Shown: positions 1 through 8,929 of the stretch, in pieces
How positions within the stretch are numbered: the stretch's first letter is position 1
Layout of the letters: each line of letters starts with the position of its first letter
Source of the DNA: a virus
Lineage: Duplodnaviria > Caudoviricetes
DNA: 25,895 nt
Virus record (IMG/VR): IMGVR_UViG_3300045457_000134
Span: 1 to 25,895 of that record
Direction: 5' to 3' (one strand)
The notes under the pieces: generated by a model
The model's input: only the letters and a program-made list of their open reading frames with translations
What the model was told of the DNA's origin: nothing
Database searches by the model: none
Translations under genes and position numbers: made by a program

Positions 1-7
1 CGGAGAT

Positions 8-784
8 ATGATGTCTCTTGGTGGAATGTTTCAAGGTCTCATGGGTGGCATGGGCGGTGGAGGAGGTGCAGGAGCAGGCGCAGGCGCAGGTGCAGGAGCA
101 GGCGCTACAGCAGGACAAGGAAACTTCTCTGTTGGTTTTCAAGAAACACCAATGGATCGCATTAAGACAAATGTAAGTCCTGAAATGTATGATGCTATGG
201 GAAGCATGTCTGTTCTTGTTCAAGGTGATGCGGAATCTTCAGTCGCTTCTTTTCCAACATCTAATAGAGTCCACTCTGAAACATATTTAAAAAATGCCGA
301 GGAACTTCTTAGTCAAGTAACTACACTTGAAGATTTATTTGTTGCTTTACATAGATTGCAGTATGATGAAAGTCTATTTGGTTTAGAAAAGATTCCTGAC
401 GTTGTAATAGAAACAGAAACACCATGGGGCAATGCCAACACAACGATATCTGCGACTGGTGAATTTTCACTTCAATATGCCAATGCTAATATATCAAACA
501 GTTTTTCTCAAAGTCTTTCTTCTCCATCTTCAAGTCCAAGTGCAGGTGGTTCGCCAGCTGGTGGTGGCGGCGGTGGAGGAGGCGGAGGTGGCATTGGCAA
601 TATGTTCGGCAAGTCTTCTGGCATCATGCAAGATATGTTTAAAAGATTAGGACCTAACAATGAAAAAGAGTCCAAGAAGATGACTGAAAAACTAAATCAA
701 AGTGATACTGCTCAGAAACTTTGGAAGTTTGCTGAGGACACTCTAAAAGGGGGTAATCCTCTTAATCCGTCCAACTTTACATAG
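8..784 (+). CDS. Hypothetical Gly/Met/Ser-rich protein upstream of the baseplate hub gene (possibly 5'-truncated)
   Basis: 258 aa ORF with (GA)n and poly-Gly tracts around an ordinary-composition middle. The frame is open to the window edge (GGA GAT before ATG at 8), so the true start may lie upstream. GGAG at 2-5 could also serve ATG 11. Confidence 0.7.
   Translation: MMSLGGMFQGLMGGMGGGGGAGAGAGAGAGAGATAGQGNFSVGFQETPMDRIKTNVSPEMYDAMGSMSVLVQGDAESSVASFPTSNRVHSETYLKNAEELLSQVTTLEDLFVALHRLQYDESLFGLEKIPDVVIETETPWGNANTTISATGEFSLQYANANISNSFSQSLSSPSSSPSAGGSPAGGGGGGGGGGGIGNMFGKSSGIMQDMFKRLGPNNEKESKKMTEKLNQSDTAQKLWKFAEDTLKGGNPLNPSNFT
68..103 (+). repeat. Six tandem GCAGGN hexamers encoding (Ala-Gly)6
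   Basis: Sequence reads gcagga gcaggc gcaggc gcaggt gcagga gcaggc. Confidence 0.85.
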
Positions 785-792
785 GAATAGTG

Positions 793-1779
793 ATGACAAC
801 TAGAAAGTCTGATAAAAACTTAGAACAAGATAAAAAGAAGACTCCAGAAAAGTGGAAAGGTCCTAAAGATAGTCGTCGTGAAAAGGGTGCAGGCACATAT
901 CCAAATCAAGCATGGGTATTGCATACTAGATCAGGACACAACATTGTGGTTGACGATTCTGAAGGTTGGGAAAGCATGACCTTTCAGGCGAGAAGCGGAT
1001 CAGCAATGCAGTTTCAACCAAATGGTGCTATTCAGATTGTTGCTCATAACTCAATGTATAATCTCGTGTTTGGTCAGAACAGATTAACCGTGACAGGCGC
1101 AAATGATCTTACTGTTAAAGGTGACGGATCATTAATGGTCTATGGAGATTTTAATAAAACTGTTCATGGCAATTACAATCTGACTGCCACTGGTGATATG
1201 AACCTGACAGCAGAAAATCTAAACAGAAATGTTCGTGGTAACATCGACACACAAGCAAAGAATGAAACCAAAAAGTTAGAAGGATCTTCTGTATTGAATG
1301 CACAGGGTGCTGTTGCGATGGCGTCTAAGGATTCTTTTACCGCAGTATCACATGGCGATCAAATGCATCTTGGCGGTGGTTCTGGTCTTAATCTGTTTGC
1401 TAATGAAGGTGATATCACTGGTAATGTTGAAAAGGGAAACTTTCACTTTGCTGCCAAAGATGGAACATTTGAAGCAAAGATTAAAGATGCTATTAAATTT
1501 CTATCCGAGTCTGGAGCAATGCATATGATTGCACAAGAAGCAGCAAACATCATTGCCAAGAATGGTAATATTAGTATTAATTCTCAGAGCGGTGATATTC
1601 ATGTTAAGGCCGACTCTGGTAACTATCACAAAGATGTTGGTCAGATGATTTATATGGCCAGTGGCACATCTAATCCTGATCAAGGTGAAGAAGCACAGAA
1701 AAAACAAGGCAACTCAATGGGAACAAAAGGCACTCAGGCAGTTGCATCCGATAAATCATCTATTGATAATCTAGCATAA
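793..1779 (+). CDS. gp5: gp5-like baseplate hub/central spike, C-terminal beta-helix part only
   Basis: YP.N...HTRSGH....DDSEG.E motif typical of the gp5 segment before the beta-helix, then short beta-helix repeats (LTVTGANDLTVKGD, KTVHGNYNLTATGD, RNVRGNID). Lies directly upstream of gp25. AGGA at 783-786 favours ATG 793 over GTG 790. Confidence 0.75.
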   Translation: MTTRKSDKNLEQDKKKTPEKWKGPKDSRREKGAGTYPNQAWVLHTRSGHNIVVDDSEGWESMTFQARSGSAMQFQPNGAIQIVAHNSMYNLVFGQNRLTVTGANDLTVKGDGSLMVYGDFNKTVHGNYNLTATGDMNLTAENLNRNVRGNIDTQAKNETKKLEGSSVLNAQGAVAMASKDSFTAVSHGDQMHLGGGSGLNLFANEGDITGNVEKGNFHFAAKDGTFEAKIKDAIKFLSESGAMHMIAQEAANIIAKNGNISINSQSGDIHVKADSGNYHKDVGQMIYMASGTSNPDQGEEAQKKQGNSMGTKGTQAVASDKSSIDNLA

Positions 1780-1782
1780 ATA
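1775..1782 (+). promoter_or_regulatory. Putative T4-type late promoter (CATAAATA) upstream of gp25
   Basis: One mismatch to the gp55 consensus TATAAATA. Overlaps the upstream stop codon and is followed by an AAGGA RBS and ATG 1799. Confidence 0.65.
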
Positions 1783-1798
1783 CTCAAAAGGAATTTCA

Positions 1799-2206
1799 AT
1801 GGCTAGCCTAGTATTTGTAAATAGAAAACCCGACTACTCAGATTTGGATCTAGACTTTCTACGTCACCCAACAACAAACGATGTTGTGACTAAGACAGGT
1901 AATGAAGCAGTTAAAAGATCAATTAGAAATTTGGTATTTACAAACTATTATGATAGACCTTTTAGATCATTTATTGGTAGTAATGTAAGAAAATTATTGT
2001 TTGAAAATGTAGATACATTTACAGCATATCATCTTGAAGATGAAATCAAGGGTGTCATAGCAAAGTTTGAACCAAGAGTCAAAGACGTTGTGGTTAGAGT
2101 ATCAGCAGATTTAGATAGAAATGGTTTTAGTGTCAATCTTCAATACGTTATTAAAAACAGAGAAGAACCTATAATAACGAGCATATTCCTCGAAAGGATC
2201 AGATAA
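1799..2206 (+). CDS. gp25: Baseplate wedge subunit gp25
   Basis: YSDLDLDF..HP, AVKRSIRNLV.T....RPF...IGS....LLFE, FEPRV and terminal LERIR match the gp25/GPW family. AAGGA RBS. Confidence 0.95.
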   Translation: MASLVFVNRKPDYSDLDLDFLRHPTTNDVVTKTGNEAVKRSIRNLVFTNYYDRPFRSFIGSNVRKLLFENVDTFTAYHLEDEIKGVIAKFEPRVKDVVVRVSADLDRNGFSVNLQYVIKNREEPIITSIFLERIR

Positions 2207-2209
2207 GTT

Positions 2210-4291
2210 ATGGCAACTTCCAATACAGCACTTCAAGTTGCAGATTTAGATTTCTTTGGTATTAGAAACAATCTTAAAGAGTTTCTTCGTAGTCAGTCTA
2301 CTTTTACAGACTATGACTTTGAAGGTTCTGGTATGGCCGTATTGCTAGATGTTCTGGCATATAACACATACTACAACTCTTACTATTTAAATATGGCTGC
2401 CAACGAGTCTTTTCTAGATACAGCACAAGTAAGAAATAATATCCTTTCACATGCCAAGAACATAAACTATGTTCCGGATTCCGCTCACGGTTCTTTGTCT
2501 AAAGTAAATATTATTGTCACACCATCTACTGCTGAAGATCAAGTTACCAATGTCATTACTCTTGACAAATACACTAGAATATTAGGTCAAGATAAGAATG
2601 GCGTAAACTTTACATTCGTCACATTAAATTCCAACACAGCATATAAGTCTGCAGGTTCATTTACCTTCTCCAATGTCTTTATTAAGCAAGGTGAGGTTAT
2701 TACTCAGCAGTTCGCTGTAACAGCAAACAATACATCCAGAAGATTTCAGATTCCATCTGCTAATGTTGATACTGATACTCTTGTTGTTACTGTGCAAGAG
2801 TCTGCTGCAAACACAACCACAACCAGTTATACACTTGCAGAAGACCTAACAACAATTACTGCTAACTCTAAGGTTTATTTCTTAGAAGAAGACGATCAGT
2901 TAAACTATACAATTTACTTTGGTGATGATGTTCTAGGATACAAACCTAAGAACGGTAACATTGTCATTGCCACTTATCTAGACACTGTTGGATCTATATC
3001 AAATAACATTTCAAAGTTTACTTTTATTGATCCAATTGGTGGTCCAGAATATAGAGATAGTGTCATAGTCAATACAGTTGAAACATCGTATGGTGGTTCA
3101 GATAAAGAAACTGTCGAGAACATTCGTTTCCGTGCGCCATACTATTACACAGCACAAAATCGTGCAGTTACAGTTCCTGACTATGAAAGTCTAATCACAA
3201 AAGACTATAACAACATTGACTCCGTTTCAATCTGGGGTGGAGAAGACAATGATCCTGTGGTCTATGGCAAAGTATATATGTCATTAAAGACTCGTGGTTA
3301 TTATGTTCTTTCCAATCTAGAGAAAGAAAGAATTAAAAATGACTTAGTTGAGAAGCGTAATGTATTGACAATTCTTCCTGAGATTGTTGATCCCGATTAT
3401 GTGTTTCTAATGGTGCAGGGAAGAGTAACTTATAATCCTTCGTTAACATCTTTAACTGCGGGAGAAATCAGAACAGTTGTTAATAACGCTATTAAGAAAT
3501 ACAACGATGATGAGTTGGCTAAGTTTAAATCAACCTTTAAGAAATCAAAGTTACAGTATTATATAGAAAATGCGGAAAGATCAATCACAGGTTCTGATAT
3601 TGTTGTTTACTTGCAAAAGAGATTACCATTAACACTCAATCAGACTAAGAATTACACCATTAACTTTAATGCCGCTCTCAAAAAGGGTGACTTCATTGAA
3701 AAAGTATATTCTTTTCCATCATACACCGTCGTAGACAGTGCATCGGTTTTCAGAAACGTCTTCATTGAAGAAGTTCCGAACTCGTTTACAGGTATTGATT
3801 TAATAAAAATAACAAATGCTGGTTCTGGTTATTATTCAGTTCCAACAGTAACTATTACTGGAGACGGAACAGGAGCGACTGCGGTTGCAGATATCACTGG
3901 TGATGGTCGTGTTAAATCAATCACGGTAACCAATAGTGGTATAAACTACAGTAGAGCAACTATTAGTATTACCGGAGAAGGTAGCGAAGCTACTGGTATA
4001 CCAGTTCTTCAGGCTCGAAATGGTATTCTAAGAACTTTTTATTATAAGACTAATGGTGAGAAAGTTGTTGTTAATGAGAATGCCGGAACAATAAATTATG
4101 ATACAGGAAAAATTCAACTATCATCGCTAATACCTCTAGCAGTTAGCAGTAATGATTTCTATGATACAAACGTGGTATCTATAAATGTTGTTCCTAATGG
4201 CGATATTATCTATCCACTAAGAAATAGAATACTTGCAATTGACGAAAACAATTTTCAAAGTATTCAAATAGAAGTAGTTGCTGAATCATAA
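2210..4291 (+). CDS. gp6: Baseplate wedge subunit gp6
   Basis: LDF..I..NLK.FL..Q..F.DYDFEGS...LLDVLAYNTYY, ESFLDTAQ.R, AQNRAVT..DY, WGGEDN.P..YGKV and GTINY.TG are gp6 hallmarks. Confidence 0.95.
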   Translation: MATSNTALQVADLDFFGIRNNLKEFLRSQSTFTDYDFEGSGMAVLLDVLAYNTYYNSYYLNMAANESFLDTAQVRNNILSHAKNINYVPDSAHGSLSKVNIIVTPSTAEDQVTNVITLDKYTRILGQDKNGVNFTFVTLNSNTAYKSAGSFTFSNVFIKQGEVITQQFAVTANNTSRRFQIPSANVDTDTLVVTVQESAANTTTTSYTLAEDLTTITANSKVYFLEEDDQLNYTIYFGDDVLGYKPKNGNIVIATYLDTVGSISNNISKFTFIDPIGGPEYRDSVIVNTVETSYGGSDKETVENIRFRAPYYYTAQNRAVTVPDYESLITKDYNNIDSVSIWGGEDNDPVVYGKVYMSLKTRGYYVLSNLEKERIKNDLVEKRNVLTILPEIVDPDYVFLMVQGRVTYNPSLTSLTAGEIRTVVNNAIKKYNDDELAKFKSTFKKSKLQYYIENAERSITGSDIVVYLQKRLPLTLNQTKNYTINFNAALKKGDFIEKVYSFPSYTVVDSASVFRNVFIEEVPNSFTGIDLIKITNAGSGYYSVPTVTITGDGTGATAVADITGDGRVKSITVTNSGINYSRATISITGEGSEATGIPVLQARNGILRTFYYKTNGEKVVVNENAGTINYDTGKIQLSSLIPLAVSSNDFYDTNVVSINVVPNGDIIYPLRNRILAIDENNFQSIQIEVVAES

Positions 4292-7200
4292 TGGCAGTAT
4301 CAAATAACAAAACCTCACACCTTATATCATCGCAAGTACCGCAGTTCGTTAAGGACGACCATGAGACCTTTGTTACCTTTCTAGAAGACTATTATAAATT
4401 TCTGGAACAGAATAATCAAGTAGGAAACGTCGCCAAGAACTTTAATCAATACAAGAATGTTGATCTTGCTGAAGACGAGTTTTTACAAAAGTTATACGAC
4501 AACTTTATTAAGTTACTTCCAGAAAATATTCTTGCTGATAAGAAATTAATACTAAAGCATGTTAAAGACTTTTATCGTTCACGTGGCACGGAAAAGTCTG
4601 TGCGATTTCTTCTTCGCATTCTATTCAACAAAGAAGTTGAATTTTATTATCCAAAGAGAGATGTTCTACGTGCTTCTGATGGTAAGTGGTTTATTGAAAA
4701 GTCTGTCAGAATAGGTGACCTTCAAGTAAACAATACATCAAACACAATTGCCTATAACAATTTTATTAATAAGAGAATTACAGGACTACAGTCTGGTGCT
4801 ACGGCGATTGTTGAAACTATTGATGTCTATTATGACAAGGGACAACTTGTAACAGAACTAAAACTGTCAAATGAGTATAGATCATTTATCAATGGTGAAA
4901 CCATATATTCTCTATTTGAAGAGGAGACAGGAACTAAGTATCTATCCGCAAATCTATTCTCCGGCGCTGTAGTTGCTATTAGTCTAGCAAATGGAGGCAC
5001 TGGATATGTTGAGGGAACGACAATTCCTGTTGTTGGTGGTGGTGGTGGCAATGGTGCTCAGGTTATTGTATCATCTACAACAAAAGGTTCTTTATCATCA
5101 ATTGGTGTAAGTTTAGGTGGCGCTGGATTTAGAGTTGATGACGATCTGATCATATCTGGCGGAGGCGGAGTTGGTGCTACCGGTAATGTATTCTCCGTAG
5201 ATTTGTCAGAAAAGTATCATCCTAATAGTTATAATTTGGTGTCATCTACAATAAGCCTGGAATCAAATACAGCGATTAATAACGTTAGATATACCAATCT
5301 CAATAGTAGTATTGTCAATCCGATTAATCATTGGGTTCAGAACTCAATGTCATTCTGGACATTTGCGAATTGTGGACCTGTTACTACATGCCTTGTTCTA
5401 ACCACAGGCGATGGTTATAGTTCAAGTCCATCAATAGACGTGGAAGCAAATACAGTGATTCGTTCTCTAGGTATTCTAGGTAGAATGGAAATTATTGACG
5501 GTGGTCTTAATTATGTAGTGGGCGATGAACTAGTTTTCACTAATCCTTATGGCAGTTATGGTGTCGGTGCAAAAGCCAATGTCAGTGCCGTGGCAGCTAA
5601 TGGTATGATCACAGAAGTTAAGTTTAGACAAATGCCAGGACACATGATCGGTGGATCCGGATATGAACAATCAACACTGCCTGCAATAACAGTTTCAACA
5701 TCTACAGGAAATGGTGCTAACATTGTTGCTAGATCCATAATTGGTGATGGTGAAACATTAGTTGCTTCAGCAGCAACGTTCGGTAAAATTTTAAGTCTAA
5801 GACTTCTTTCTGGTGGTGTAGGATATACAACCGAACCAACTTTAGATTTTGACTCTGTTGCATCTGGTAGCGGCGCACAAGCATCATTGTCTATCGTTAG
5901 TGGTGCATATACTTTCCCAGGAAGATTCCTAAACGATGATGGATTTATTAGTTCATTTAACTTCTTGCAAGACAGAGATTATTATCAAAACTTCTCTTAC
6001 GTTATTAAGATAGATGAATCAACCAGAAAGTATTCGAAGGCTATTAGGGATCTTGTTCATCCTGCTGGCACAAAGATGTTTGGTGATTATCTACTAACCG
6101 ATTTCAATGATATTAGCATCACATCTAATGCTGCATCTACGATTCCTAATAATAAATTGTTACTAACAAACTATAGAGTCATCTTAGATGATGTTACGCT
6201 AACAGGAACATATAACGTCAATACCTTTACAACCGAATATGCTCCTAAAGTTATTGAAGCATCTTACAATGTAAGGTCGGATATTGCATCATCATACTCT
6301 ACTCAAAATTCAAGTATTATTGTATATTCTCCTAACCACAACTTATCTAGAAATGATAATGTGTATTTGAAATTCCATACAGCAGCATATGCTAATATTA
6401 CTAATGGTTTATATACAATCAGATCGGCAAACGCCAGTTACTTTGTTGTTCCTGTTGTTAATGGAAATCTAACTTTTGTTTCATCAAACGCTGTTACTTC
6501 CAATCTAACTGCGTCCTCGGGATCAGGAGCAACTAACAACTATATTATACTGTCACAATGGACACAAAATTCTGATATTTCTATTGTTGTTGGTGACTAT
6601 GTTAATGTTAATAGCACATTAGCCGAAGTCGTTTACACCGAAGCCAATTCATCAACAATCGTAATATATCCTGCTGTAACAGGTGGACTATCAGGACAAA
6701 CTGTTGATGTTATTAAGAAGCCTTATCAGGCAAATGGAAATGTCTCTATTTCAGTTCCTGTAATAACAGTGTTAGCAAATAGCACAGGTCTCATTACCAA
6801 TGACAATGTGTATTTGAAATTTTTGTCAAGCGACACAACTCTTGTTAATACCAGATATCAAGTTTTGTTTTCTAACTCAACATTACTCAGAGTTGTTCAT
6901 GGAGACATTGGCAATGCAACATCGTATAGTGGATCAGCAAATGTCCATTTGAACATTGTAAGTCTAACGAAAACTAATCACGGTCTTAGCAACAATGAAT
7001 TGATATATGTAACATTTTACAGTGGTGACACAGGAAATGCTGTCAACTCCGTATATTCCGCAGTAGGTGTAACCCAGAACACATTTAATGTTGTCACAAC
7101 TTATCCTATTACTCAGAATGGTAGTGCATATGTTAAAACATCTAACGTAATATTGACGATTCAATCACATGGTTTCACAAACAATGATAATGTTAGAATG

Positions 7201-7569
7201 TGGTTTACCAGTGGTGATACTACAAATATTTCAAACGGTGTTTATAGTATTTCTGTCATTGATGCTAATACAATGTATATGGACACATCTAATGTATTGA
7301 ACTCAAATGGAACAGTTGTTGTCTATAGAGGATATGCAAACGTCTCATTGTTTAGACAAGATCATGGACTATTGTTAGGAAATTCTGTAGGTATTCTTAT
7401 TGATACAGGTAATGTGTCTAAGATTAGTAATGGTGTTTATACTATAACTAACGTTGCCAACACAAATGAATATAATATCAAGCATACTGGTATCAATGTT
7501 AGCAGTAATCTATCAAATCTTCTACCTAGCAATACTGGACACGCATATGTCACGTTACATAAATATTAA
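4291..7569 (+). CDS. gp7: Baseplate wedge initiator gp7-like protein with a C-terminal repeat extension
   Basis: Q.P.FV....F..FLE.YY, KDFYRSRGTEKS...L.RILF, LRASDGKW and LQD.DYYQ.FSYVIK...VHPAG..MFG motifs. Lies between gp6 and gp8. TAATG overlap with gp6. Confidence 0.85.
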   Translation: MAVSNNKTSHLISSQVPQFVKDDHETFVTFLEDYYKFLEQNNQVGNVAKNFNQYKNVDLAEDEFLQKLYDNFIKLLPENILADKKLILKHVKDFYRSRGTEKSVRFLLRILFNKEVEFYYPKRDVLRASDGKWFIEKSVRIGDLQVNNTSNTIAYNNFINKRITGLQSGATAIVETIDVYYDKGQLVTELKLSNEYRSFINGETIYSLFEEETGTKYLSANLFSGAVVAISLANGGTGYVEGTTIPVVGGGGGNGAQVIVSSTTKGSLSSIGVSLGGAGFRVDDDLIISGGGGVGATGNVFSVDLSEKYHPNSYNLVSSTISLESNTAINNVRYTNLNSSIVNPINHWVQNSMSFWTFANCGPVTTCLVLTTGDGYSSSPSIDVEANTVIRSLGILGRMEIIDGGLNYVVGDELVFTNPYGSYGVGAKANVSAVAANGMITEVKFRQMPGHMIGGSGYEQSTLPAITVSTSTGNGANIVARSIIGDGETLVASAATFGKILSLRLLSGGVGYTTEPTLDFDSVASGSGAQASLSIVSGAYTFPGRFLNDDGFISSFNFLQDRDYYQNFSYVIKIDESTRKYSKAIRDLVHPAGTKMFGDYLLTDFNDISITSNAASTIPNNKLLLTNYRVILDDVTLTGTYNVNTFTTEYAPKVIEASYNVRSDIASSYSTQNSSIIVYSPNHNLSRNDNVYLKFHTAAYANITNGLYTIRSANASYFVVPVVNGNLTFVSSNAVTSNLTASSGSGATNNYIILSQWTQNSDISIVVGDYVNVNSTLAEVVYTEANSSTIVIYPAVTGGLSGQTVDVIKKPYQANGNVSISVPVITVLANSTGLITNDNVYLKFLSSDTTLVNTRYQVLFSNSTLLRVVHGDIGNATSYSGSANVHLNIVSLTKTNHGLSNNELIYVTFYSGDTGNAVNSVYSAVGVTQNTFNVVTTYPITQNGSAYVKTSNVILTIQSHGFTNNDNVRMWFTSGDTTNISNGVYSISVIDANTMYMDTSNVLNSNGTVVVYRGYANVSLFRQDHGLLLGNSVGILIDTGNVSKISNGVYTITNVANTNEYNIKHTGINVSSNLSNLLPSNTGHAYVTLHKY
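7558..7565 (+). promoter_or_regulatory. Putative late promoter (CATAAATA) upstream of gp8
   Basis: Embedded in the last codons of gp7 (His-Lys-Tyr). Followed by a GAAGGA RBS and the TTG start at 7590. Confidence 0.6.
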
Positions 7570-7589
7570 AAAATAGAAGGAATATATTT

Positions 7590-8915
7590 TTGTCATCGGT
7601 ACATTCAAAATATCTTCAAGTTTATAGTGCAAAACAGTTTAAGGAGTCGGTCAACGAACCAATACCTTCTAATGTTTATTTGACTTTTGGACGAACAACA
7701 GCATGGCCAAACGATGCAGTTCCTCCTCAGGCCAATACAAGCATTAACACCTTTTATGAAGTCTGGGACAATATGATAGGTGCTAAAAAGGTTTCTGGTA
7801 ATGACATTAGACACGTTATTCCTAGATTTGATTGGACAGCAAATAACGTGTATGCTGCCTATGATGACAAAGCAGACTCTAAAATTTTAAAATCTGATAC
7901 TTCAAAGTTCTATGTTGTAACAGATGATTGGAACGTTTATAAATGTATTGCCAATAATTATGGAGCAAACTCTACATCTAAACCAACATCTATCTCAACC
8001 ATAACAGATGTTCAATCCGAAGATGGTTATATTTGGAAATATATGTATACCGTATCTGCTGAAGAACAATTGAGATTCGTAACATCTGATTATATTCCTG
8101 TAAAGTCACTTACTGTAAATGATGGTTCGTTGCAGTGGCAGGTCCAGAATAATGCAATTCAAGGCGGCATTCATAGTATAGTATTAACAAACTTCGGAAG
8201 TGGTTATACTGCAAATGATATAACCGTATCTATTGTTGGTGATGGTCAAGAAGCAACTGCAATTGCTGTAAGAAACACTGTGTCAAATACGGTGTCTTCT
8301 ATCATCATGACAAATCGTGGTATAAACTACACTTACGCAAATGTTACTTTATCTTCTGCTACCGGTAATGGAGCAATTGCAAGACCTATCATAAGTCCAC
8401 GTGGAGGACATGGATCAGATCCATTAGTAGAACTCGGCGGTTCTAATCTTCTAATCAATACACGAATTAAAACATCAGAAAACGGAGTATTGACAGTAGA
8501 AAACGATTACAGACAGGTTGCCTTAATTGAAGATCCTTACACATACGATGGCACAAAAGTAATGTCTAATACAGCAGTAGATCAACTAATGACACTCACA
8601 TTAAATGGAACATCTGCTGAATATATTGAAGATGAAATTGTATATCAAGGTACATCATTAGCAGCAGCAACATTTAGTGCTACCGTTGTTGAATGGGATT
8701 CTGCTAACAATCAACTTAAAGTATCAAATACAAAAGGTGTTCCATCATCAGAACTAGTTAATGGTATTACCAGCACCGCATCTAGATTCTTAGGATCAAT
8801 AACTTATCCCGGTATGAGACGCTATACTGGAAATTTACTATATATTGATAACATAATTCCAATAGAAAGATCCTCCGATCAAGTTGAGGACTTCAAAATA
8901 ATTCTGAAATTCTAA
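7590..8915 (+). CDS. gp8: Baseplate wedge subunit gp8
   Basis: W..MIGAKK, VIPR.DW, FYVVTDD.NVYKCI.N, DGYIWKYMY, P.GGHGSDP..ELG, NDYRQV.LI.DP and G.LLYIDN..PI.RS.DQ.ED.KII..F. TTG start with a GAAGGA RBS. Confidence 0.93.
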   Translation: MSSVHSKYLQVYSAKQFKESVNEPIPSNVYLTFGRTTAWPNDAVPPQANTSINTFYEVWDNMIGAKKVSGNDIRHVIPRFDWTANNVYAAYDDKADSKILKSDTSKFYVVTDDWNVYKCIANNYGANSTSKPTSISTITDVQSEDGYIWKYMYTVSAEEQLRFVTSDYIPVKSLTVNDGSLQWQVQNNAIQGGIHSIVLTNFGSGYTANDITVSIVGDGQEATAIAVRNTVSNTVSSIIMTNRGINYTYANVTLSSATGNGAIARPIISPRGGHGSDPLVELGGSNLLINTRIKTSENGVLTVENDYRQVALIEDPYTYDGTKVMSNTAVDQLMTLTLNGTSAEYIEDEIVYQGTSLAAATFSATVVEWDSANNQLKVSNTKGVPSSELVNGITSTASRFLGSITYPGMRRYTGNLLYIDNIIPIERSSDQVEDFKIILKF

Positions 8916-8929
8916 AAGGACAAATTTAA

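Noticed and set aside
560-592. G-rich tract as a G-quadruplex or regulatory element
   Set aside because: Fully explained by poly-Gly codons, and it contains only GG runs.
782-795. Stop-codon recoding or readthrough fusing the first ORF to gp5
   Set aside because: TAG is followed in frame by GAA TAG TGA, and gp5 is in another frame. The long ORFs are uninterrupted under the standard code.
3790-8400. G.GY...P...I.G.G.GA.A modules shared by gp6, gp7 and gp8, and absence of gp9-gp12/wac after gp8
   Set aside because: Both are familiar features of non-enteric T4-like baseplate clusters and are not novel.
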